Assembly (NCBI GenBank): GCA_045560945.1
Contig: JBJKYR010000053.1
Location: 7,605-71,604 of the forward strand
From: Alphaproteobacteria bacterium
GTDB taxonomy: Bacteria; Pseudomonadota; Alphaproteobacteria; HIMB59; GCA-002718135
DNA: 64,000 nucleotides
Direction of reading: 5' to 3'
A program made the translations under genes and the position numbers. Positions 17,977-29,007 of this stretch are shown here, in pieces (the first letter of the stretch is position 1; each line of letters starts with the position of its first letter). The notes below the pieces were generated by a model, which saw only the letters and a program-made list of their open reading frames with translations, ran no database searches and was not told the DNA's origin.

Positions 17977-18053
17977 GCGCCCGTAGCTCAATTGGATAGA
18001 GCGCCAGACTACGGATCTGGAGGTTAGGAGTTCGACTCTTCTCGGGCGCGCCA
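17977..18053 (+). tRNA. tRNA-Arg (anticodon ACG), CCA encoded
   Basis: Hand-folded cloverleaf. The acceptor is GCGCCCG/CGGGCGC, the anticodon stem is CCAGA/TCTGG with loop CTACGGA, the T-loop is TTCGACT, and the 3' end is CCA. Confidence 0.9.
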
Positions 18054-18108
18054 GATAATTTATTTAACTATATATTTGTAACCTAAAAGTTTTGTAGTAT
18101 TAAGCATT

Positions 18109-19158
18109 ATGATTGAAAATATAAGTTTGTCTGATCTTCAAAATAATAAAGATCTAAATAAATATTTTTTAACTGCAAAATTAGAAAATATAAATCAAAA
18201 CTGTAATTATTATAAAGGTAATTTTTATTTAGATTCTTTTAACTACTATCCCATAACTGAAGATTATAAATCATTCGATGAACTTTTTGTAAGAGTAAAT
18301 AAAAATTCAATTTCACATTATCACACTGAAGCTTTTTATAAAAAACTTAAGGATAGACTAAATAAAATAAAGGTTTTTAAAGATATCTGTGTAATTGGAA
18401 GTAATCCAGGAAATAATTATTTTTCGAATTTAATTCATTTTTTACCAAGAATTTTTTTTGAAAATGAAAAACAAATCAAAATCGCAGTTCATAGAAATTT
18501 ATCAAATAAATTTCGATCATTTATTGAACATTTGTTAATTTTAAAAAATATAGACTTCACTTTTACTTATTTAGACGACGATTTTTATAAATTTGAAAAC
18601 TCCAAAATACCTCAATTTTTAAATACTTTAACTTCAATAAATATATTAAAATCAATTAAAGATTTTACTCCAAAAAAAAAATCAGAGTTTGAAAAAATAT
18701 ATATAAGAAGAGAAGATGTAAAATATAGAAATATTTTAAATGAAGCTGATATAATTGATAAATTAAAAAAAAATGGGTTTAAAATTGTTAGTACTAGTCA
18801 ATATGAGATATTAGATCAGATAAATTTTTTTGTTAATGCAAAGATTGTTGTATCACCATACGGTTCTGGTTTGGCAAATATAGTCTTTTGTAAACCTGGA
18901 ACAAAAGTCTTTGAAATTTCACCTAATTTTACTAACATAAACGATCAAAATCTCTCAAAAAGATATGAAATATTATGCAAACTTTGTAATTTAAATTTTC
19001 ATAGGTTTTTTGGAGACTCTGTTGATGTAAAAAAACATGATGAATTATCAAAAAAATATATTAATGAAACAATGCTAACAGAAAGTAATTATTACAAGGA
19101 CATGATAATAAAATTAAGTGAAGTAGATAAAATTATTCAGCAACCAATTGATGAATAA
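18109..19158 (+). CDS. Glycosyltransferase family 61 / DUF563-like protein
   Basis: 349 aa. The C-terminal motif VVSPYGSGLANIVFCKPGTKVFEI resembles the GT61/DUF563 HGAGLTN block. The gene is extremely AT-rich. Confidence 0.5.
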   Translation: MIENISLSDLQNNKDLNKYFLTAKLENINQNCNYYKGNFYLDSFNYYPITEDYKSFDELFVRVNKNSISHYHTEAFYKKLKDRLNKIKVFKDICVIGSNPGNNYFSNLIHFLPRIFFENEKQIKIAVHRNLSNKFRSFIEHLLILKNIDFTFTYLDDDFYKFENSKIPQFLNTLTSINILKSIKDFTPKKKSEFEKIYIRREDVKYRNILNEADIIDKLKKNGFKIVSTSQYEILDQINFFVNAKIVVSPYGSGLANIVFCKPGTKVFEISPNFTNINDQNLSKRYEILCKLCNLNFHRFFGDSVDVKKHDELSKKYINETMLTESNYYKDMIIKLSEVDKIIQQPIDE

Positions 19159-20168
19159 GATAATATACTGACTATATTTAATTTAATTCGATTGCATATA
19201 TTAATATATCTATCTTCAATATTCTGTTTTTTCATAAAATTAATAGAAATTAATTTATCAAATAAAAAATCTTTTTGTTTATGGTTTTTATAAATTTTAT
19301 AGTCTTGAAATTTATTTTCTTTTATTATTAAAGTTAATAATTCATTTAAACTAATTTCATCATCAATTAAAAATTTATTTTTAGCTTGAAAAGAGTTGAA
19401 AATTAATCCACCAATCTCATCTTTAATTATTTTTTTTTCTAACTTTCTATTCTTAGAAACTAACTGAATAAAATCTGCATTAATTTTTTCAACCATTGCA
19501 TTTAGATGATTTAACTCTTCATTTGTTGGTTTTCTAAATGAATTGAATAAATCTTTTGATTTACCAGCATTAGTTGAATAAACTTCTATTTCATTTTCGA
19601 CTTCTATTGTTTGCCCTAAAAAGCCAGATGAAATTAATTTTGGTTTATTGAAGTAAAACCAATCAGGTCCCTTTACACCAATACTTCCAATAATAGATCC
19701 ATAGCTTGCGTAAATTTTTTCTCCTGAAAGAGAAGACCAATATCCACCAGATGCTAATATTTCAGATGTATGAAAGATTATACTTGCATTAGATTTTTTC
19801 TTAAAAGCTAAAAAGGAATTGTATAATTCATTTGATGCGCTAACTGTCCCTCCCGGTGAATTTATTGAAACTATTAAAATTTTCGGATCAATTAGAAGAA
19901 TTTTTTCTAATTTTTTTTGAATTCTAGCCGGGGATATAAAGTTAAAGCCAACTAAATCATTAAGCGAATTATTACTTTCAATTATGGGCCCATTAATCTC
20001 CAAAATGACTATTGAATTCTTAGATTCTTCATTGCCTTTTATTAAATTAAACTCATTATTATTTTGACTATTTGTATAAGCGGAAATTCCTATAATTATT
20101 AAAAAAAATAGCAAAATTGCAAAAAAAAACCCTAAAGTCCTGAAAAAAACATTAAAAAAAATACTCAT
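19137..20168 (-). CDS. sppA: Signal peptide peptidase SppA (36K type)
   Basis: 343 aa with an N-terminal membrane anchor. It has the ClpP/crotonase-fold SPGG serine motif (INSPGGTVSASNELY) and the downstream GSIGV block. Confidence 0.75.
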   Translation of the reverse strand: MSIFFNVFFRTLGFFFAILLFFLIIIGISAYTNSQNNNEFNLIKGNEESKNSIVILEINGPIIESNNSLNDLVGFNFISPARIQKKLEKILLIDPKILIVSINSPGGTVSASNELYNSFLAFKKKSNASIIFHTSEILASGGYWSSLSGEKIYASYGSIIGSIGVKGPDWFYFNKPKLISSGFLGQTIEVENEIEVYSTNAGKSKDLFNSFRKPTNEELNHLNAMVEKINADFIQLVSKNRKLEKKIIKDEIGGLIFNSFQAKNKFLIDDEISLNELLTLIIKENKFQDYKIYKNHKQKDFLFDKLISINFMKKQNIEDRYINICNRIKLNIVSILSYSSIGC

Positions 20169-20254
20169 AAGTACTGTTTTTATATATTAAAATATAAAAA
20201 AAATGTTTTTTTTTCATATTTGGGCTTGATAAGAATTTTTTAATGCTTAAATGA

Positions 20255-20281
20255 TTAGCACTCTATTAGCAAGAGTGCTAA
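20255..20281 (+). promoter_or_regulatory. CIRCE operator (HrcA binding site) upstream of groES
   Basis: TTAGCACTC-TATTAGCAA-GAGTGCTAA is a perfect match to the CIRCE inverted repeat consensus TTAGCACTC-N9-GAGTGCTAA. It lies 42 nt before the groES ATG. A possible -35/-10 pair (TTGATA at 20226, TAAATG at 20248) sits just upstream; that pair is low confidence. Confidence 0.85.
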
Positions 20282-20322
20282 TAAAAAAATGTTAATTTTC
20301 AATAATTTAAATTGAGGAAAAT

Positions 20323-20631
20323 ATGAACTTTAAACCATTACATGACAGAGTGCTCGTTAGAAGAGTTGAATCTGATCAAAAAACAGCAGGTGGAATTATA
20401 ATTCCAGATACTGCCCAAGAAAAACCTATGGAAGGTGAAGTGCTTGAAACTGGTTCTGGCGCAAGAGATGAAGTAGGAAAATTAGTTCCATTAGACGTAA
20501 AAAAAGGAGATAAAATTCTTTTTGGTAAATGGTCAGGGACTGAAGTTAAAATGAATGGAGAAGATTATCTAATAATGAAAGAATCTGACATTATGGGAAT
20601 TATTACTCCAAATAAAAAGAAGAAAAAATAA
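20323..20631 (+). CDS. groES: Co-chaperonin GroES
   Basis: 102 aa. The [16 protein letters not shown]...[13 protein letters not shown] sequence is canonical GroES. Confidence 0.95.
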   Translation: MNFKPLHDRVLVRRVESDQKTAGGIIIPDTAQEKPMEGEVLETGSGARDEVGKLVPLDVKKGDKILFGKWSGTEVKMNGEDYLIMKESDIMGIITPNKKKKK

Positions 20632-20648
20632 ATTAATTAAGAAATTAA

Positions 20649-22325
<1,677 letters not shown>

Positions 22326-22350
22326 TAACCCAAATATTTTGAATTTTATA

Positions 22351-22377
22351 AGCCCCCTTATAAGGGGGCTTTTTTTA
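22351..22377 (+). terminator. Rho-independent terminator after groEL
   Basis: The palindrome AGCCCCCTTA/TAAGGGGGCT forms a GC-rich hairpin and is followed by T7. The T-tract overlaps the stop of the convergent gpx gene. Confidence 0.7.
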
Positions 22378-22923
22378 TAACAAATTATTTATTTTACTTA
22401 ATATTTTAGAATTATCAGGTTTAGTCATAGAGGACCATGAGGAATTGAGTTTTCCACTTCTATCAAAAAGATATTTATAGAAGTTCCATTTAGGGCTTTT
22501 GTCATATTCCTTTACTAACCAACTAAATATTTCATGCGCATCATCACCTTTTACGCTTAATGGCGAGGAAGTAACAAATCCAACATCATAATTAACTAAA
22601 CATATTTTTTTAATATCTTCATTAGATGAATATTCTTGATTAAATGAGTTACTCGTTATTGCCAATATCGTTAAGTCTGTATTTTTGTAATGTATAAAAA
22701 GATTTTGAAGATTTTCATATTGAGGAGTAAAACCACATCTTGATGCTGTGTTGACCATAAATATTGGCTTACCTGCGAATTTATTTAAATCAACTGAGTT
22801 TCCATCAATATCTTCAAAGGAAAAATCATAAATTGTCATATTTTTTGTATATCCTGTGTTCCAATAAAAAAACATTAATAAAAAAGTGATTAATCTAATG
22901 GATTTCATGGTATTAATAGTCAT
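22375..22923 (-). CDS. Glutathione peroxidase (secreted/periplasmic)
   Basis: 182 aa with a signal peptide. It has the catalytic-Cys motif VNTASRCGFTPQY and a WNF block (PKWNFYKYL). Confidence 0.85.
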   Translation of the reverse strand: MTINTMKSIRLITFLLMFFYWNTGYTKNMTIYDFSFEDIDGNSVDLNKFAGKPIFMVNTASRCGFTPQYENLQNLFIHYKNTDLTILAITSNSFNQEYSSNEDIKKICLVNYDVGFVTSSPLSVKGDDAHEIFSWLVKEYDKSPKWNFYKYLFDRSGKLNSSWSSMTKPDNSKILSKINNLL

Positions 22924-22943
22924 AACTTATAAATAAATAGAAA

Positions 22944-24077
22944 ATGGAAGCTATCAATAGTTTTAAGAAACTTTTTTTAGAAGTGTGGAATGAAGGTATT
23001 TTTGGCCTAAATGCTTCTGAAATTATAATAGGTTTTATTATTTTTTTAGTATTTTATGTTTTACGAAGGTTATTTGCGAGATTTATTATAAGTAAATTAA
23101 ATAAGTTGGTTAGCAGAACTTCAACTAAAATCGACAACACTGTTGTAGAGGTAATTGAGGGACCTTTAAAGTTTCTACCTATTGTTTTAGGATTTTTTAT
23201 TGCAACTTCTTACATTGAACTATCGATAGAGGTGCAAGACTTTATAGATTTACTAAATAGAACCTTAATTACAATTTTTATTTTTTGGCTGCTTCATCAA
23301 CTAGTTATTCCATTTTCTTACATTGTTAAGAATTTTGAAGATAAAATATCTAAACCACTTGTTAACTGGACTTTAAAAGGATTAGAAATAATTATTATTG
23401 TTCTTGGAATTGTTGCTGTTTTAGAACTTTGGGGGATTAAAGTTGGGCCTGTTATAGCTGGATTAGGATTGTTCGGTGTTGCTGTAGCATTGGGAGCGCA
23501 AGATTTATTTAAAAATCTAATTAGCGGTATTATGATATTAATGGAAAAAAGATTTACTATAGGTGACGTGATTTTAGTATCTAATGAAGTTGAAGGTGTT
23601 GTAGAACAAATAGGTTTCAGATCAACTTTAGTTAGACGATTTGATTCAACACCAGTGATGATACCTAATTATAAATTTGCTGAACAATCTGTAACTAACT
23701 ACTCAAGAAGACATCATAGACGAATTCGATGGCTTATAGGCCTTGAATACAAAACTAATATTGATCAACTAAAAAAAATTAGAGATCAGATAAGTACATT
23801 AATTAAAGAGAATAAAGATTTTGCAAAGAATGAAAATAGTGGTTTTTTTGTTCGAATAGATAGTTTTTCTGACAGCTCAATAGATATGTTAGTTCAGGCA
23901 TTTACGGTTACAAATGATTGGTCAGAGTTTTTAAAAATTAAGGAAGAGTTAGCAGTTTCTATTATAGAAATAGTTGAATCAAATAAAGCTGGCTTTGCTT
24001 TTCCTAGTCAATCTTTATATGTTGAGTCTTTCCCAAATGAAAAAGCTGAGATATTCAATCCAAAATCCTCACAATGA
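22944..24077 (+). CDS. Mechanosensitive ion channel, MscS family
   Basis: 377 aa with N-terminal TM helices. The pore helix/beta-domain signature is GAQDLFKNLISGIMILMEKRFTIGDVI. Confidence 0.8.
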   Translation: MEAINSFKKLFLEVWNEGIFGLNASEIIIGFIIFLVFYVLRRLFARFIISKLNKLVSRTSTKIDNTVVEVIEGPLKFLPIVLGFFIATSYIELSIEVQDFIDLLNRTLITIFIFWLLHQLVIPFSYIVKNFEDKISKPLVNWTLKGLEIIIIVLGIVAVLELWGIKVGPVIAGLGLFGVAVALGAQDLFKNLISGIMILMEKRFTIGDVILVSNEVEGVVEQIGFRSTLVRRFDSTPVMIPNYKFAEQSVTNYSRRHHRRIRWLIGLEYKTNIDQLKKIRDQISTLIKENKDFAKNENSGFFVRIDSFSDSSIDMLVQAFTVTNDWSEFLKIKEELAVSIIEIVESNKAGFAFPSQSLYVESFPNEKAEIFNPKSSQ

Positions 24078-25084
24078 AACAAACTTTAGAAACAAATAGA
24101 ATTGTTACAGGCTCTCTTTTTATTATAGCTAGTATTGCTGTTGCATTTATTTTGAATTTTGCGTCACCTTTCTTAGTTCCTCTAGTAATAGCATTATTAA
24201 TTCGGATTTTAATTGATCCAATTATTGATTATCAAATTGATTATTTACATGTTCATAGAATAGTTGCAGTTTTTGTGAGTCTTTGTCTTATAGTTTTTTT
24301 ATTTATAATAATTGTCCCTTTTATAGGCTCTTCAGTCATCACCTTTTTACAATCAGCTGATGATTATAATAATAAAGTATTAATATTAATAGATATTGCA
24401 ATTTCTGAATTGAAAAAATTTAATATAGAAATAGATAGAGAAACAATAAGAAACTCCCTTAATACACTTCCTTTACTTGATTGGGCATCAGCAATTTTAA
24501 GTAATAGTGCCAATTTTATTTCAAAGTTAGTTTTAGTAATAATTATGACTCTTTTTTTATTATTAGGAAAAAAGTCTATCAATACATCTCCTGAATGGAA
24601 TGATATTATTAGTCATGTTAAAAAATATATTTTTACTAAATTTATTACTTCTTCTATAACAGGTGTAGTAGCTGGATTAATATATTGGTTTATGGGTTTG
24701 GAACTAGCATTTATTTTTGGATCATTGACTTTTCTACTTAACTTTATTCCGGTAGTTGGATCAATTATTGCTGTTTTACTTCCCATCCCTATTGCTATTT
24801 TACAATATAATGATTTATCTTCAGTCCTTTTAATAATTTTTTTACCAGCAATTATCCATCAGATTATTGGCAATGTAATAGAGCCAAAAATATTTGGAGA
24901 TGCTTTTGGGCTTCACCCAATTACTATAATACTATCTCTAATATTTTGGGGAATGATTTGGGGTATTATAGGTGTTCTTTTAGCAGCACCTCTTACAGCA
25001 ATTATCAGAGTTACTTTTGAGAGATTTGAGTCGACAAAGCAGATAGCAAGATTATTGGAAGGAAAAATTCATCTCAAAACCTAA
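24074..25084 (+). CDS. AI-2E family transporter (PerM-like permease)
   Basis: 336 aa polytopic membrane protein. The FIPVVGSIIAVLLPIP and EPKIFG motifs are typical of AI-2E/PerM. It has an ATGA overlap with mscS. Confidence 0.8.
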   Translation: MKQTLETNRIVTGSLFIIASIAVAFILNFASPFLVPLVIALLIRILIDPIIDYQIDYLHVHRIVAVFVSLCLIVFLFIIIVPFIGSSVITFLQSADDYNNKVLILIDIAISELKKFNIEIDRETIRNSLNTLPLLDWASAILSNSANFISKLVLVIIMTLFLLLGKKSINTSPEWNDIISHVKKYIFTKFITSSITGVVAGLIYWFMGLELAFIFGSLTFLLNFIPVVGSIIAVLLPIPIAILQYNDLSSVLLIIFLPAIIHQIIGNVIEPKIFGDAFGLHPITIILSLIFWGMIWGIIGVLLAAPLTAIIRVTFERFESTKQIARLLEGKIHLKT

Positions 25085-25085
25085 C

Positions 25086-25559
25086 TTATTTTAAGATCTC
25101 TTTGGATATTTCATAACTAAAACCTGCTCTTGCCATCTTAGCAAGTTTTTTTTCATAATCTTTTTTGTCATTAATTAAATTTCTTTTCTTTGCAAACTTT
25201 AATGCATTTTCTTTTTCTAAATTTTGATTATTTTCATAAAATAAAGAGAGCTGTTCATCTGCTACTTTGCTGCTAACACCTTTACGAATCAGATATAGCT
25301 TTATATAATTTTTCGATTTTACTTGATTTAATAGTGCGTTTATTTTTGATTCAGCATAATTTGCATCATTTATAAGTTTGAGTTGCTCTAATTTATCAAT
25401 AATGATTTTTATTTCTTTATATAGTTGAAATCTTATTTTTTTTTCATCACTTATTCGTCTAATTTTTTTTTTCAGAATGTATTCTAGATTTTTTTTGCTG
25501 GAAGAATATTTACTTAAATAATAAATTGCATATTTTAATAATTTTTCTTTATTATCCAT
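25086..25559 (-). CDS. recX: RecX-like regulatory protein
   Basis: 157 aa, all-helical and basic, with three repeat-like helical modules and a size typical of RecX. The call is made from pattern only. Confidence 0.55.
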   Translation of the reverse strand: MDNKEKLLKYAIYYLSKYSSSKKNLEYILKKKIRRISDEKKIRFQLYKEIKIIIDKLEQLKLINDANYAESKINALLNQVKSKNYIKLYLIRKGVSSKVADEQLSLFYENNQNLEKENALKFAKKRNLINDKKDYEKKLAKMARAGFSYEISKEILK

Positions 25560-25606
25560 TATTTATAATTATATCTTAAACTGTAATTTTAAATATATAT
25601 TAAAAC

Positions 25607-26377
25607 ATGTTCAGCTATAATTATTTGTGTATTTATACTTTGTTTAAAAAAGAAGTATTTAGATTTCTCAAGGTTGGTATTCAAACTGTTGTGGGCCCAG
25701 CAATTAGTTCACTTTTATTTTTAGCTGTTTTTTCATTAGCATTGGGTAGATCAGTGAATCAAATTAATAATGTTAATTTGTCAGAATTTATCGCACCAGG
25801 ACTAATAATGATGACAATGCTACAAAATTCATTTGCTAATGGAGCTTCCAGTATAGGTCAATCTAAATTTCAAGGCAACATAGTTGATGTTCTAATGGCC
25901 CCATTATCTGACTTTGAACTTGCGATAGGATATATATCTGGATCTATTGCTAGAGGCGTAATTTGTGGTTTAGTAACATTTTTTGGAATTTTGTTTTTTG
26001 TTCCACTCAGTATATATTCTTATTCTGCATTATTTTTTTACACTCTAATGGGCTGTTTTATGATGGGAAGTATGGGCGTTATGGTTGGTATATGGGCTGA
26101 TAAATGGGATCAACAACAAGGAATTACTAATTTTATTGTTTTGCCTCTAACATTTTTATCAGGAACATTCTATTCAATCTCTAGACTGCCAGAATTCTGG
26201 CAAAACTTTGCTTTAATAAATCCTTTTTTTTATAATATAGATGGTTTGCGATATTCTTTTATAGGTAAGTCTGATACTCATTTATTATCTGGTGCAGTAA
26301 TTCTTATGCTTTTAAATATTTGTTTATTTTTTTTATGCTATTTAATGTTTAAAAAGGGCTACAAATTAAAATCTTAA
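25607..26377 (+). CDS. ABC-2 type transporter permease (YadH-like)
   Basis: 256 aa with six hydrophobic spans and an N-terminal KKEVFRFLKVGIQTVVGP segment typical of ABC-2 permeases. No adjacent ATPase gene is present. Confidence 0.7.
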   Translation: MFSYNYLCIYTLFKKEVFRFLKVGIQTVVGPAISSLLFLAVFSLALGRSVNQINNVNLSEFIAPGLIMMTMLQNSFANGASSIGQSKFQGNIVDVLMAPLSDFELAIGYISGSIARGVICGLVTFFGILFFVPLSIYSYSALFFYTLMGCFMMGSMGVMVGIWADKWDQQQGITNFIVLPLTFLSGTFYSISRLPEFWQNFALINPFFYNIDGLRYSFIGKSDTHLLSGAVILMLLNICLFFLCYLMFKKGYKLKS

Positions 26378-26386
26378 ATTTTTAAA

Positions 26387-27562
26387 ATGAAAAGAAATAA
26401 TAAAAGCTATATCATGCCAACTTATGGTGAAAGAGATTTAATATTCGCAAAAGGCAAAGGTTGTTATTTATATACTCACTCTGGAAAAAAATATTTAGAT
26501 TTTGCAGGAGGTATAGCAGTAAACTCACTTGGTCATTGTCATCCAAAATTAGTAAGTATTTTAAAAAAACAATCAGAAATACTATGGCATACATCAAACT
26601 TATATAAAAACAACAATCAAGAATTATTTGCTAAAGAATTATGCAAAAAAACATTTGCTGATAAGGTTTTCTTTACAAACTCTGGTGCTGAAGCAATAGA
26701 ATGCGGTTTAAAAGTTGTTAAAAGTTATTGGAATTTAAAAAATAAACAAAAAAAAAATATTATCACCTTTAAAGGAGCTTTTCATGGAAGAACCTTTGCA
26801 GCTCTATCTGCTCAAAAAAACAAAATATATTCCGAAGGGTTCACACCTTTATTAAGTGGGTTTAAAAATATAGCTTTCAATGATGAAAAAGCTTTAACGA
26901 AAAATATAACTAAAGAAACTGCAGCAATTTTAATAGAGCCTATTCAAGGTGAGGGAGGTATTAGACCTGCATCAATTCAATTTTTAAAATTCATAAAGGA
27001 GGTTTGTAAAAAAAATGATATCCTTCTTTTTTTAGATGAAGTTCAGTGTGGTTTTGGAAGGTCTGGAAAACTTTATTCTCATGAATGGGCAAAAATTAAA
27101 CCAGATGTTTTAGCAACTGCAAAAGGAATAGGATCAGGTTTCCCCTTAGGTGCTTGCTTAGCAACAACAAAAGCAAGTATTGGTATGAGTAAAGGAAAAC
27201 ATGGATCTACTTATGGTGGAAACCCACTAGCTGTATCAGTTGGTAGAGAAGTTTTAAAAATTGTTTCTGATAAAAAATTTTTAAATAAAGTAGATGTAAT
27301 ATCTAGATATCTATGGAAAAACTTAAAAAATTTGGAAAGTCAATATGATGAAATTGTTGATGTTAGAGGGGCAGGACTGTTACTAGGTATAAAAACAAAA
27401 CAAAATAATATAATGATATCCAATAGATTAAAAAAAAATAAATTATTAAGTGTGCCAGCTGGAGATAACGTAATTAGATTAGCTCCTCCATTAATAATTA
27501 ATAAAAAGCATGTAGATGAAGCAATAAATATAATAGATGAAACTTTAAAAAATTTATCATGA
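26387..27562 (+). CDS. argD: Acetylornithine aminotransferase (class III PLP aminotransferase)
   Basis: 391 aa with FTNSGAEAIE and DEVQCGFGRSGK motifs and the PLP lysine region (ATAKGIGSGFP). It is immediately followed by argF with an ATGA overlap. Confidence 0.85.
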   Translation: MKRNNKSYIMPTYGERDLIFAKGKGCYLYTHSGKKYLDFAGGIAVNSLGHCHPKLVSILKKQSEILWHTSNLYKNNNQELFAKELCKKTFADKVFFTNSGAEAIECGLKVVKSYWNLKNKQKKNIITFKGAFHGRTFAALSAQKNKIYSEGFTPLLSGFKNIAFNDEKALTKNITKETAAILIEPIQGEGGIRPASIQFLKFIKEVCKKNDILLFLDEVQCGFGRSGKLYSHEWAKIKPDVLATAKGIGSGFPLGACLATTKASIGMSKGKHGSTYGGNPLAVSVGREVLKIVSDKKFLNKVDVISRYLWKNLKNLESQYDEIVDVRGAGLLLGIKTKQNNIMISNRLKKNKLLSVPAGDNVIRLAPPLIINKKHVDEAINIIDETLKNLS

Positions 27563-28444
27563 AACATTTTGTAGATATAGCAGATTTTAATACCAAAAAA
27601 CTAAATCTAATAATTAAAACTGCAAAACAAATTAAAAAAAATCCAAAGAAATTTGCTAATAAATGCAAAGATAAAACACTTGGAATGATATTTCAAAAAG
27701 AGTCAACAAGAACAAGAGTAAGTTTTAATGTTGGATTTAAAAAACTAGGCGGCCATTCTATTGAGCTTAATGCTGAATCAATTGGATTTGGAAAAAGAGA
27801 AAATTATCACGATATTGTTAGAACATTGTCACAATATATTGATATGCTTATGATTAGAAACGATGACCATAATATTATTAGAAATTTAAGTTCCTTGAAT
27901 GCTTTACCAATAATCAATGGTCTTTCAGACTTTAGTCACCCTTGTCAAATTTTATCTGATTTTCTTACAATTAATGAAAAGTTAGGAAACATTAAAAGTC
28001 AAAGTATTTGTTGGATAGGAGACTACAATAATGTTTTAAGATCTTTAATAGAATTACAAAGTTTATATAAATTTAAACTAAATGTAGTGCTACCAAAAGA
28101 AATTTTAAATAAAAATAAGTCAAAAATATTAAAAAAAAATAAAACAAATTTAATGGCTACTAATTCTATTAATGAAGGAATTAAACATGCGAATTGTGTA
28201 ATGACTGATGCTTGGATTTCAATGGGTGAAAAATCAATTAAAAAAAAAATACTTTAAAAATTATCAAGTAAATAGTGATATAATGAAACGCGCAAGTAAA
28301 GAGGCAATATTTATGCATTGTCTTCCTGCGCATCGAGATGAAGAAGTTTCTTCAGAATTACTTGATAGTAATAAATCAGTGGTTTGGGAACAAGCTCATA
28401 ATAGAATGTTTGTGCAGCAAGCTATTATTTTAGATTTATTATGA
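27559..28444 (+). pseudogene. argF: Ornithine carbamoyltransferase, reading frame broken by one extra A in an A10 run (28240-28249)
   Basis: ORF 27559-28257 carries the STRTRVSF carbamoyl-phosphate motif and HPCQ. ORF 28208-28444, in the +1 frame, carries the C-terminal FMHCLPA motif. Removing one A gives the continuous sequence ...SMGEKSIKKKYFKNYQVNSDIMK... Confidence 0.85.
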
Positions 28445-29007
28445 AAAAAATAATTATTTTATTTATTTCTTTTTTTATTTTCTCATGTCAACCAATAGAA
28501 AAGATAGAAAGAATAGTATTTGACAATAATCAGTTTTCTAAATTTGATATACTCTCTAATTCAATTGAAATTACTGAAATTTTTGAAAAAAAAATATCTA
28601 ATCCATATATAGGACATACTTTGGAAGTTGATCCCTCCCAAAGAATTATTAATTGGGTAAACGATAATTTTAAAGCAATAGGCAATGAAAATATATTTAC
28701 CGTTACTATCTTAGATGCTTCATTAACTCAAAATGAGATAGAAAATATTGAAGCAAAAAATTTTGATGAGAAAACTAATTATAAATATGAATTATTTTAT
28801 TTAATTGAATTTAATTTATATGATGATTCCAGAAATTTAGTTTCATCTACATTGGTAGAAAATTCAAGATCTACTACGTCAGGATTATTAATATCAATTC
28901 AGGAAAGAGAAAAAATTATAGATGATTTAGTTTATCAGGGCTTGGATGATATATCTAATGAATCAAAGCTGCTTCTCATAAAATATATGGGTGATTTTAT
29001 TTTATAA
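28441..29007 (+). CDS. Hypothetical lipoprotein
   Basis: 188 aa with a lipobox (LFISFFIFSC). I recognise no family. It has an ATGA overlap with the argF stop. Confidence 0.4.
   Translation: MKKIIILFISFFIFSCQPIEKIERIVFDNNQFSKFDILSNSIEITEIFEKKISNPYIGHTLEVDPSQRIINWVNDNFKAIGNENIFTVTILDASLTQNEIENIEAKNFDEKTNYKYELFYLIEFNLYDDSRNLVSSTLVENSRSTTSGLLISIQEREKIIDDLVYQGLDDISNESKLLLIKYMGDFIL

Noticed and set aside
25607-26377. ABC-2 permease with no adjacent ATPase, considered as a broken transporter.
   Set aside because: The gene is intact and full length. The ATPase partner may be encoded elsewhere, and the window gives no evidence of decay.
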